Assembly (NCBI GenBank): GCA_963698905.1
Contig: CAVOSP010000003.1
Span: 1,623,126 to 1,687,125 of the forward strand
DNA from: Pirellulaceae bacterium
GTDB lineage: Bacteria > Planctomycetota > Planctomycetia > Pirellulales > Pirellulaceae
DNA: 64,000 bases
Direction: 5' to 3'
Below the pieces are notes generated by a model. It did no database searches and was not told the origin of the DNA. It saw nothing but the letters and a program-made list of their open reading frames with translations. Position numbers and translations under genes: made by a program. Positions 41,028 through 50,667 of the stretch are shown here, piece by piece. Every line of letters starts with the position of its first letter. The first letter of the stretch is position 1.

Positions 41028-43724
41028 CTAGTTCGACGAGACGACAGAGACAGATGTCCGATCCAACGCCGCCGAATCGTTGACACTGGCACCGGCTGCC
41101 CGTAAGGCATCAATCACTTGCTGCTGAGAAACGAGGTCGCGGAGGATGATCGGATCGTTGGGACGCCCGCCTGGATAAATGGCCAGCAGCGGAATCGATC
41201 GGCTGTTCAATTCTTCCAGTTTTTCTTTGATCTCGTCACTTTGGTCGGTCCAATCGGCGTACATCGCTACGGCGTCCAGTTCATCCAATACTTCACGCGT
41301 GGCCGGTGTGTTCAGAGCCACTTTGAAATTGAATTGGCAGGTCGCGCACCATTTGGCACCAAAGTCCAGCATCACCGTCTTGCCTTCGTTTTGCAACTGA
41401 ACCAAAGTTGGTTCGCTGTAGTCTTGCCAAGCCAGTTGATCGTCTGGTTCCAGATAGTGAAACGCCGCTACACTGATCAAACTGGCGACCGCGATCCCGC
41501 CAGTCCAGGCGACCAGGCGGCGGCGGATGTCGGCCCAATTTGGCACCAACCCAATGATCCAACAACCAAACCAGACAGCGATCAGCGTCACAAAGACGGG
41601 TACTTTTTGATCTTCGCCAAATTGCGCGAAGAAGTACGCGACAGTCCCCAGGAACAGAAACGCCATCAGCTGTTTCAGCGTTTCCATCCAGGGTCCCGGT
41701 TTGGGTAGCCAGGAGATCAGGCCTGGCATCGCACCGATCAACAGATAAGGAGACGACATGCCAAGACCGACGGTCAGCATGATCACGATTGTTTGCAACG
41801 GCGTGAAGTTCAGCGTGGCGGCCAGTATGTAACCGAGCAGCGGGCCGCTACAGGGAGTCGACAGAATCGTGGCAAAGACTCCTTTGGAAAAAGCACCGAC
41901 CAAGCCTTCGCGATTCTGTAGCTGGGCCGACGTTTTGCCGCCCGCCATCCCAGGCGCAGGTATCTCCCAAACACCCAGATAGCTAAGCGCAAGTGCGAAC
42001 ATCAAAATCGTTAGACCAAGTTTCACCTCAAAGTACGTGAACTGTTGCCCCCAACCAAATTTGGATACCGAAGCAACCGCGGCCAAAATCGCAAACACCG
42101 ACATGATGCCCAGCACGTAAACGACGTTCAGCAACAGGATGCGACCACGATCTTCACCGGCCTGCGACACAAAGCCCATGATCTTCAATCCGACGACCGG
42201 CAGCACGCAGGGCATCACGTTCAGTATCAATCCGCCCAGAAACGCCAAACCGAGCAGCACGGGAAAGGAAGACGACTGAGACAGCGGCGTGGTGGGGGGC
42301 GCGAGTGCGACCGTTTCATCGTCTTGGTCTTGCGCCACCGCAGCGTCCGAGTCGATCGGATCCACCCATTTGGTATTGGCCGCCGCGTCAAGTGCCTCGG
42401 CTGATTTGGCCGATGCAAACGTGAACTCCGGCAATCCGCTGACATCGCCGCCCACGTTGAGCTTGGCGACGAACTTCAACGCCGTCGGGCGGTGGCAGCT
42501 GTCTTCGGTGCATGCCTGATAGGCGATCATTCCGCCGATTGTTTTGCTGCCCGCCGCAGTGCCTTCAGGGACCTTGATCGGCAGCTGAAACGCCACTTCA
42601 CCCTGGTAATAGCTGACGGGTGGGAAATTCGGCAGGATTGATTTTGTGATCAATTCCTTGTCGGCGATCGGAGCACCGATCAGTAAGCCGTCTTTGTTGG
42701 TGATCACGATGTTCGTGGCCGATTCCGCATCATCGGTCGCCACTTTGTAAACGTGAAATCCTGTGTCCGGTTTGGCCGTGAAGCGAATCGCACCCGTTTG
42801 GCCAGCCGACAAGATTGGCGGCACCAACTCCGCTGTCCACTCGACGACATACTTGTCATCGCGAAACGGTTTGGATTTATATGTGGCTGCGCTGGACGCC
42901 TGTGTCGGGGTCAAGTCCGCGGCGAGCGCTCTGTTTTGTACGCTGAAGGCAATGGCTTTGGGTCTTGCCTTTTGTTTGCCAGATCCGAGTGGGTCAGATC
43001 CGAGCGGAGTGGCGGCCGGCGGCCCAGGGTCGGCAACCAATTGAGCTGTCAGAGTCTCACGGACCGGCATGCAACGACCATTTTCGTCGTCGGCTCGGCA
43101 CACCAATCCGCTGACCGATAAGTCAATCGGCTCAGCAAAGTCGGCCGGCACCGCAATCGGCGCCGACCAAACGACGGTTCCTTCGTGCTCCTCAACCGTC
43201 AATCCGTTGTAGGTCGAGGAGATACTTTTGGCCGGCTGTTGATCGGGTGTGAATGGAGCGCCAAGTTTGACATCGGCCGGTCCGGTGATCTTGATTTTGG
43301 TTCGAGTCGGTCCGCCCGCGGGCTGGGTCGTGCTGTAAATGTGCCAGTAAGGAGACAGCGCGGCTTCAAGTTCGAGTCGCCCCCTGCCGCCGGCGTCGAC
43401 GAAGTACCGAGCGTCCCAAGCGACGGGCTCGGCTGTCGGGTCGTCGAACGATCCGCCCAACGAAGCGATATCGGGGAACAGGTCCAAGGCGGCTTCGTGC
43501 TGGTCGATCCCGCGGAGCTGCTGGGCTGTCGACTCGGGTGTGCCCGTCGACTTGGGCGTCTGAGCCCAGGCAGCGGAATCCGGTACCGACGCGGAGATCA
43601 GGCAAACCAGGCTGACCGCGCAAAGGCCAGCCAATGCCGACGCTTTCGCACCGGCGGCCGCACGATTGGTTATTCGTCCGTTGTTATTCAACATCATGTC
43701 AATTTTTGTGAATCCAAGCCCCAA
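41028..43724 (-). CDS. DsbD-family thiol:disulfide interchange/reductase with extended N-terminal periplasmic domains
   Basis: The central TM core has NVMPCVLPVV and TPCSGPLLG. The C-terminal thioredoxin domain has FGAKWCATCQ. 898 aa with a signal peptide. Confidence 0.88.
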   Translation of the reverse strand: MGLGFTKIDMMLNNNGRITNRAAAGAKASALAGLCAVSLVCLISASVPDSAAWAQTPKSTGTPESTAQQLRGIDQHEAALDLFPDIASLGGSFDDPTAEPVAWDARYFVDAGGRGRLELEAALSPYWHIYSTTQPAGGPTRTKIKITGPADVKLGAPFTPDQQPAKSISSTYNGLTVEEHEGTVVWSAPIAVPADFAEPIDLSVSGLVCRADDENGRCMPVRETLTAQLVADPGPPAATPLGSDPLGSGKQKARPKAIAFSVQNRALAADLTPTQASSAATYKSKPFRDDKYVVEWTAELVPPILSAGQTGAIRFTAKPDTGFHVYKVATDDAESATNIVITNKDGLLIGAPIADKELITKSILPNFPPVSYYQGEVAFQLPIKVPEGTAAGSKTIGGMIAYQACTEDSCHRPTALKFVAKLNVGGDVSGLPEFTFASAKSAEALDAAANTKWVDPIDSDAAVAQDQDDETVALAPPTTPLSQSSSFPVLLGLAFLGGLILNVMPCVLPVVGLKIMGFVSQAGEDRGRILLLNVVYVLGIMSVFAILAAVASVSKFGWGQQFTYFEVKLGLTILMFALALSYLGVWEIPAPGMAGGKTSAQLQNREGLVGAFSKGVFATILSTPCSGPLLGYILAATLNFTPLQTIVIMLTVGLGMSSPYLLIGAMPGLISWLPKPGPWMETLKQLMAFLFLGTVAYFFAQFGEDQKVPVFVTLIAVWFGCWIIGLVPNWADIRRRLVAWTGGIAVASLISVAAFHYLEPDDQLAWQDYSEPTLVQLQNEGKTVMLDFGAKWCATCQFNFKVALNTPATREVLDELDAVAMYADWTDQSDEIKEKLEELNSRSIPLLAIYPGGRPNDPIILRDLVSQQQVIDALRAAGASVNDSAALDRTSVSVVSSN

Positions 43725-43764
43725 CGAATTTTACTTGCCAAATGATTCGCGAGTCAATGTTCGC

Positions 43765-44865
43765 TTATCCTGCCCGAATTACCTGGACCGCCGACTTGGT
43801 AAGAAATGAGACTCTTTGTGCGACTGCGGCCGACCCTGGGGGGAACTGTCGCTTCTCAACCAAGATCCACACCAACCAATTGGCCAGACTGATCCAGGGG
43901 CTAGCTTGGGCAATCAGCTTTGCCAGGGCGATCTGCTGGTCTACTAGTTCGCTCGGTAACAATGGGCTTTCGCGCACCAGGCCCGCCGCAACCGCCTGCC
44001 AAACCGCCGCTTGCTCATGAGGCCCTGCTAGAAAGCTGCCTGCCCACCGCGCCAAATCAACGGCGGGGGTGTCGATTCGCGCGGCGTCGAAATCGATCAA
44101 GCCCGATGGCCGATCCTCGGAAAACAGAATGTGTTGGCGGTGAACATCTCGCAGCACGTACTGAGTCAGAACAGGCCGGTCCATGTGCGCCGCTAGCGAT
44201 TGGCCGATTTGAGTTCGAACCTGGTTCCAGTGTGTCCCCAGCAGCTGGGCAGCCCGCCGAACCGCATCTTCCAACGGCGAATTCAATGCCGCGGAGTCGG
44301 AGAGTTCGACGAGCGAGCCGATCCTGTCACTGAGCTGTCGCAGCCGCAGCATTCGGTCGACGACCGCCGGTGCCACCTGCGCGCGTCGACCGAGGTGCCG
44401 CGTGCTCAGATGAAACCGCGCGATTGCGGCAACGCCAGCACTGATTTTTTCGATCGCCGTATCGGCCTCGATCGGCTCGCCGGGCATCCAATCGACGAGG
44501 TCCCAACAGTAGCCGGCCGCGCGCAGGGCCGCGGACTTGCCGACCCTTGATTGCGGCGCGACGATATCCGGAACCAATGGACAATCATGGCTCCTGGCCA
44601 GTCGCATCAGCTGGTGAATCTCGTCAATTCGAGCAAGCGTGACACCGACCGGCCAACGTTTCAGTGCCAGGCAATTCCGATCTGCGGTCGAACACCGATA
44701 GACTCTTGCACCACTCATGCCCGGCGGTACCGGCACCGCCGCGACCACCCCGCATGGTACAAGCCAATCTAGGACAACTTCAGCTGGAATCGATGGATCC
44801 ATCTGGTGCAGCATCCATGAATTTTGGCCTGCGAGTGCATTTCGATGCGATGGCGCTCGCCTCAT
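43765..44865 (-). CDS. phosphotransferase (APH/choline-kinase-like) family protein
   Basis: Brenner-type catalytic region LRDVHRQHILF and metal-binding GLIDFDAA. Confidence 0.75.
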   Translation of the reverse strand: MRRAPSHRNALAGQNSWMLHQMDPSIPAEVVLDWLVPCGVVAAVPVPPGMSGARVYRCSTADRNCLALKRWPVGVTLARIDEIHQLMRLARSHDCPLVPDIVAPQSRVGKSAALRAAGYCWDLVDWMPGEPIEADTAIEKISAGVAAIARFHLSTRHLGRRAQVAPAVVDRMLRLRQLSDRIGSLVELSDSAALNSPLEDAVRRAAQLLGTHWNQVRTQIGQSLAAHMDRPVLTQYVLRDVHRQHILFSEDRPSGLIDFDAARIDTPAVDLARWAGSFLAGPHEQAAVWQAVAAGLVRESPLLPSELVDQQIALAKLIAQASPWISLANWLVWILVEKRQFPPGSAAVAQRVSFLTKSAVQVIRAG

Positions 44866-44902
44866 TGTAGCTTGCTGGTTCCCGTTCTTGTTTCTCGAAT
44901 TC

Positions 44903-47900
44903 TCACTGGTCGGCAGGCTTGACTGATCCGGCGAACCAGGGATACAGCGAAGGGATGACCAAGCAGGTCAACAACGTGCTGGTGATCAGGCCTCCGATGA
45001 CGACGGTGGCGAGAGGCCGTTGTATCTCCGCGCCGTCGCTGGTCGACAGTGCCATCGGCAGAAATCCGAGGCTGGCCACCAGCGCAGTCATCAATACCGG
45101 TCGCAGACGATCCTTGGCTGCGGCGAGCGCCGCCGTTTTCGCGTCTGCGCCGTCCTTGCGGTGGCTTTCCGCATCACTGACCCACACCAAACCATTCAGG
45201 ACGGCGACGCCAAACAGCGCGATAAAACCGACTCCGGCAGCGATGCTGAACGGCATACCGCGGAGCAGCAACGCGAAGATCCCGCCGCTGGCCGCCATCG
45301 GTACGCACAAGAATATCAGCGAGGCCAGGCGGACCGATCCGAAGGTGGTGTGCAGTAGCAAAAAGATCACCAGCAAGACGATCGGTGTAATCAATACCAA
45401 TCGCCGACTGGCCGACTGCAGGCTCTCGAAATCGCCGCCCCATTTCAATTCATAATTCGGCGGCAGGTCGACTCTGGCGGCGACCGTTCGCTGTGCTTCG
45501 GCGACAAAGGTGGCCACATCGCGACCACGAACATTCGCGGAAACGAACGTTCGTCGTCGTCCATTTTCATGCTCGACCGTCGGTGGCGTCTGTTCCAATT
45601 GGATATCGGCCAGCTCGGAAAGCGGCACTGGCTTTCCGCCCGCTTTGGCAACTGGCAACTGATACAGTTTGTCGATGTCGTCGCGCCAATTCTCAGGCAG
45701 CCGCACCCGAATCGGAAAGCGGGCTTGTCCTTGCAAGACTTCGCCGACGGGACGTCCACCCAGCGAAGCGACCACGTCCATCAACTGCGCTGCGTCAACT
45801 CCGTATCTGGCCAGCGCCTCGCGTCGCGGCTGGATCGTCAGCGTTTCGAGAGTCGATTGGATGTCGGCCTTCACATCGGCGGCTCCCGGGATGTCGCGAA
45901 GGACGCGTTCGATTTGTTTGGCTTTGCGGGCCAAGGTTTGCAAATCTTCACCGAAGATCAAAATCGCGACATCCGCTTTGACTCCGGCGACCAATTCATC
46001 CACGCGCATTTCAATGGGCTGTGTGAAACCAAACGCAACGCCCGGAACGTTATCGTTCAGCACGGCTTGCATCTCGTCGATCAATTCTTCGCGGGACTTC
46101 GGTCGCGGCCACTGCTCCGGTCGATGCAGCATCACCCAGACGTCGGATTGATGAACACCCATCACATCGTTGGCGATTTCGGGACGACCGGTTTTTGTGA
46201 ATACCGTTTTGACTTCAGGCAATTTCAATAGTTCCGATTCGACAATCTTCGCCATCTGTTCGGCTCCTTCCAGCGACGCGCTGGGCAGCCGGACGGCTTC
46301 GACCAACAGGTCGCCTTCGTTCAATCGCGGCATGAATTCCGCACCCAGTCCAAGCGCGATCGGAATGCTGATCGCGAACACGGACAAGGCAATCGCGGCT
46401 GTCGCCAGCGGCGCGGCGACGGTCTGACGGACAGCCGGCAAGTAGACCTTTTTCAGTATCCGCAGCAGCCAGACTTCTTTTTCTTTGGGTGCTTTTGGCA
46501 AAAACAACGAGGCCAGCGCCGGCATCAACGTCATCGACAGGATCAGCGATCCGAACAGGGCGAACAGTACCGTCAGGGCCATTGGTCGAAACAACTTGCC
46601 CTCGGTTCCCTGCAACAACAGCACTGGAACGTAGACCACGCCGATGATCAGTTCGCCAAACATCGTCGGCCCGCGGACCTCGATCGCGGCATCGCGAATG
46701 ATTGCCAAGCGCGCGGAGAATCCGGCCCCTTTTTCCGCCAGTCGGCGCACGCAATTTTCCACCATGATCACCGACGAATCGACGATCAATCCAAAGTCGA
46801 TCGCGCCAAGGCTCATCAAACTTGCCGAAATCCCCAATGCCAGCATGATGTTGGATGCGAACAACATCGACAGCGGAATGGCCAGCGCCACGATCAGCCC
46901 GCGCGCAGACTACCGAGCATCACCAACAACACGATGGCGACCAGCGCGCCGCCTTCGACCAGGTTGTGCAGCACCGTATCCAGGGTGCGGCCAATCAAGT
47001 CTTCTCGATCGTAGATCACTTCGATTTGCACATCTTCGGGAAGGGTCGGCCGAATCTCGTCCAACCGTGCCTTGGCGCGGGCCACGACTTCGCGGGAGTT
47101 CTGGCCAATTCGCATCATCACCATGGCGGTGACCGCTTCGCCTCGACCGTCGCGGCTGACGGCTCCCTGGCGCGGCATCGCCGCGATGCAGACGTCGGCA
47201 ACGTCGGCCACCAGCAATGGGGAGCCCTCGTTGCCGCGGCGAATCACAACATTCCGCAGATCATCCATGCCGCGCAACAACGCCTCACCACGAATGAAGC
47301 GTTGCTCGTCATGATGGACTACATAACCGCCGCCGGCGCCCAAGTTGCTGGCCTCGATTCTCGCATACAGTTCGTCAAGCGTCAGATCGTTGGCTGCTAA
47401 CTGATCGGGATCCGGGCGAACTTCGAAAGTCTTGTAGAAACCTCCCATGGTGTTGATTTCCGTGACGCCGTCGACTTCCCGCATCCGAGGTGCGATCTGC
47501 CATTCCAGAATGGTTCGCAATTCCATCGGCGAACGGAGCTGGCTGCGAACCTCGAATTGTAAAATTTCGCCCAACGCGGTTGTCATCGGGCCCAGCTCGG
47601 GAGGACCATAGCCGCTGGGAATTTGGGACGCTGCCTGCGACAAACGCTGACTGACTTGCTGGTTCGCAAAGTAGACGTCGGTTCCTTCGGTAAACACGAT
47701 CGTGATTACCGACAAACCGAACTTGGACACACTGCGGACTTCTTCGATGTTGGGCAAACCTGCCATCGACCATTCAATCGGATAAGTGACTTGTCGTTCG
47801 ACTTCTACCGGCGGCAGCGAGCCGGCGCTGGTAATCACCGTGACCTGGGTATTGGTCAAATCGGGAACCGCGTCGATCGGCAGCAGCAACGCCGCTCGAA

Positions 47901-47982
47901 CCCCGGCTCCGGCGACCAGAACAGTCGCAACGATCACCAGAAAACGATTCGAAAGTGAGAATTCAATCAGCCGTTTGAGCAT
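44903..47982 (-). pseudogene. heavy-metal-efflux type RND permease (CzcA/CusA family), split by an apparent 1-nt deletion at ~46898-46900
   Basis: ORF 46894..47982 ends ...VLLVMLGSLRAG*. ORF 44903..46891 begins (M)ALAIPLSMLFASNIML. Adding one G restores GSLRAGLIVALAIPLSML, the conserved TM4 region. The total length is ~1025 aa. Confidence 0.93.
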
Positions 47983-47985
47983 CGG

Positions 47986-49425
47986 TCACTCCTCGCCTTC
48001 CAACAGCAGTTCACTTTTGAGTGCGAATGCGCCGGCAGTCACAATCGACTGTCCCTCGCTTAAGCCCGCACGGATTTCCACGTGATCCCCGATCTTCTCG
48101 CCAACTTCTACGCCGGCCGGTCGATAACCATCGGCGTGGGCAACAAACACGCTGGGCTGTCCTTCCAAGTCGACGATCGCGGAATGGGGAATCGCGATCG
48201 CATCGACGACCTGGCCAATTGGCACTTCGACGCGAGCAAACAGTCCGGGGCGATAACGATTCGATTGGTTGGCAACTTCAATCACAATCGGAACCGCGCC
48301 CGAGGCTGGATCGACTTGGCGCCCGACGTAATAAACCGTGCCGCTTAAACTGTTGTCAGGATCGGCCGGCGTCGTGATCGTGACGGTATCTCCTTCGCGA
48401 ACCCGCATGGCGCTCCAGTCACGGCCCCGCACGTCGGCCTCGACCCATAGTCGTGAAGTATCGGCGATGACGAACAACTCGGCGCCCGCGGTGACTCTTT
48501 CCCTGGCAGAGAAGCCTCGCTGTTCGACGGTTCCGGCCAGGGGCGATACGATATCAAGCCTTGCCAGATCGGTTTCATTGGGAGAGACCTGCGCGGCAGC
48601 GTCGGTCACGCCCAGCAAGTTGGTCAGCTGTTGGCGGGCAACGATCAGATTGCGTTGGGCCGCGTCGACTTTCGCCGCCGCCGCCTTGCAGGCTTGACCG
48701 GTTTCAAACAGCGCTTGATCCATCATCGCCTCCAATTCGGCTGTCGACTGCTGCTGCTCGCTTCGTCGCTGTCGAACGACTCGCCCACTGACCGCGCCGG
48801 CCAGGTCGGCGACGGATTCGGAAAGATCGGTGGCTAACAGAGATTTGCTGTACAACATCAACAGCTCTCCGCCGTACTTGCCAATTTTCCCCTGATCCGC
48901 TGCCAGCTCGATCTCCTTGACGGGCCTTCCCGAGCGTATATCGGCAACCAATTTTTCCACGCCCGCACAGATGTCCGCTTGCCACCGGCGATCGATTTCT
49001 GCGAGCTCCAGTTCGCTTTGGCGGCGCAGCACTTCGCTTCGCGCCGCGCCGATTGCCGGACTACGTAACACGGCAATTTGCTGACCGGTCTGGACGTTGT
49101 CACCCGGTTTTACGTTCACCGATTCGATTAAGGCATCCGTGGCGGCGCGGACCGCCACGTGGCGCCGGTCGTCGTAAGCGAATCGACCCGGCAGGGTGCG
49201 AGTTTGTTGCAATGATTCTCGGGTCACTCGCTCGGTACAGATACCCGCGGCCTTGGTTTTGGCGTCGGAAAGCACAATCAGTGTGGTGCCTCCAGTGGAG
49301 GTCGCCTTCGCGGCGTCCACAATGTTTGCTGATTCTGACACCCGCCACCACCGGCTTACCAACCATCCGGTGCCGGCAAGGACCAGCAAGGCAATGATGG
49401 CACTAAAAATGTTTGTTCTATTCAT
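47986..49425 (-). CDS. RND efflux periplasmic adaptor (CzcB/CusB-like)
   Basis: N-terminal TM anchor, lipoyl/beta-barrel motifs (VKPGDNVQTGQQIAVL) and a coiled-coil hairpin. It lies immediately upstream of the RND permease. Confidence 0.88.
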   Translation of the reverse strand: MNRTNIFSAIIALLVLAGTGWLVSRWWRVSESANIVDAAKATSTGGTTLIVLSDAKTKAAGICTERVTRESLQQTRTLPGRFAYDDRRHVAVRAATDALIESVNVKPGDNVQTGQQIAVLRSPAIGAARSEVLRRQSELELAEIDRRWQADICAGVEKLVADIRSGRPVKEIELAADQGKIGKYGGELLMLYSKSLLATDLSESVADLAGAVSGRVVRQRRSEQQQSTAELEAMMDQALFETGQACKAAAAKVDAAQRNLIVARQQLTNLLGVTDAAAQVSPNETDLARLDIVSPLAGTVEQRGFSARERVTAGAELFVIADTSRLWVEADVRGRDWSAMRVREGDTVTITTPADPDNSLSGTVYYVGRQVDPASGAVPIVIEVANQSNRYRPGLFARVEVPIGQVVDAIAIPHSAIVDLEGQPSVFVAHADGYRPAGVEVGEKIGDHVEIRAGLSEGQSIVTAGAFALKSELLLEGEE

Positions 49426-49618
49426 GGATGTTTATCGATTGAAGTGTCAATTGGCTGATCGGGCTCTATGTCACGACTAGATCAACAGGAACAGCGACCC
49501 CAGCAGTTGCGGGACTGGGGGCTGGCTGGAAACTCAACCCCAGTCACTCGCTTGGCAGTCTCGCCTTGCACAGTCACGCGCAGAGAGGACAAGCAACGCC
49601 AGGGTCACACAGAGGCGT

Positions 49619-50053
49619 TTAACAGCGGATCACGCACAGCAGTGCACAGAGTCGCACCGCAGGGGTAAGTGAAGAAAGTGGCCGACTCGCGTTCCCAGGC
49701 AGGCAAGCGAGTTGCTGAGCAACGATCGGCTGGTCCCAAACCGGGCTTAGCGATCGTCGCGATCCATCGAAACCGCTAACGGTGGCGATCGACCCGGAAT
49801 CTCCAAGTCCTGCGGCGCAGCAATGACCCGTCTCGACCGGTGGTGCCTGATCGGGAGAATCATGACTGGCATATTCGCGCGGCAGCACGAAATGCCAATG
49901 GTACTGGTCGGCCGGCTGGGGTTGTCCCAGATGATGTAGATTCAGATGAATTGACAAGCCGCATTGCGATTCGATGCCGGCATGTTGATGCAGCATCGGT
50001 AGCGGCGTCTGCAACAACGAAAGGCAAGCGGTCAGCGCGAAACAAAGCCGCAT
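49619..50053 (-). CDS. hypothetical His/Cys-containing secreted protein upstream of the RND operon
   Basis: From ATG 50053 there is a signal-like MRLCFALTACLSLLQTPLP, followed by HQH, HLNLHH, HWH and HCC motifs. No family was recognised. Coding status is uncertain. Confidence 0.4.
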   Translation of the reverse strand: MRLCFALTACLSLLQTPLPMLHQHAGIESQCGLSIHLNLHHLGQPQPADQYHWHFVLPREYASHDSPDQAPPVETGHCCAAGLGDSGSIATVSGFDGSRRSLSPVWDQPIVAQQLACLPGNASRPLSSLTPAVRLCALLCVIRC

Positions 50054-50352
50054 GAGGGCTTGTGTCGAGCGGTTACGGCTGGTCGGCTGAAATGGCATCA
50101 ACAGAGTCTGATCCGGTCCGTGTGATTTGACAACTAGCATCATAGTCCGACCACCAGAGCCGTGCGAGCAGTCGTCGGGCCCGTCAGTAAAGAATTGAAA
50201 CCTCGCGAGTTGACGATAGATTGGCGGTAGCCAAATTGTGGGCCGCAGCGGCGGTGGTTTGCTCCCTTTTCCCCAGCCGAACTGTGACAGAGGAACTGTG
50301 ACAGCCGAAAAGCGGCTACCATCATGCAGGAATACCGCAGGAGAGGTTCTCG

Positions 50353-50667
50353 ATGAGAGTCACGTTAGCTCGAAATTGGATTGCCACGATCGGGCGGCGG
50401 CTGATCGACTTGATTCAGATCGCCCAACAGAGAGGTCACTCACTGCCTGAATCGATCATTCGCTCGGTCGCGGTCCGCACGCGACCGATTCTGTTGACTG
50501 CCGGTACGACGCTGTTGGCCAATGCGGTGATGACACTCGACCCGGTATTTTCTGGACTCGCTGGGGCGATCATTTTTGGAATTTTGACCTCAACCGGCTT
50601 CAGCTTGATTCTCGTTCCGGCGGCCTACTGGCTGTTGTACTGCTCACAGCAAAGCGCGGCCGAGTGA
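50353..50667 (+). pseudogene. orphan C-terminal fragment of an RND permease (last two TM helices only)
   Basis: SVAVRTRPILLTAGTTLLANAVMTLDPVFSGLAGAIIFGILTSTGFSLILVPAAYWLL matches the canonical RND C-terminus (R-x-RPILMT ... TM11/TM12 ... VPxxY). No upstream RND-like sequence exists on this strand, because that space is occupied by the opposite-strand czc-like operon. Confidence 0.75.

Noticed and set aside
45493-46754. Long antisense and alternative-frame ORFs inside the RND permease gene (for example 45569..46231 +, 46215..46754 -). Similar ORFs occur inside most large genes, including 1426..1980, 16154..16690, 33928..34497, 37433..37981 and 50600..51346.
   Set aside because: They have Arg/Ala/Gly/Pro-rich composition and complete overlap with genes that have strong motif support. 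This is expected for GC-rich DNA.
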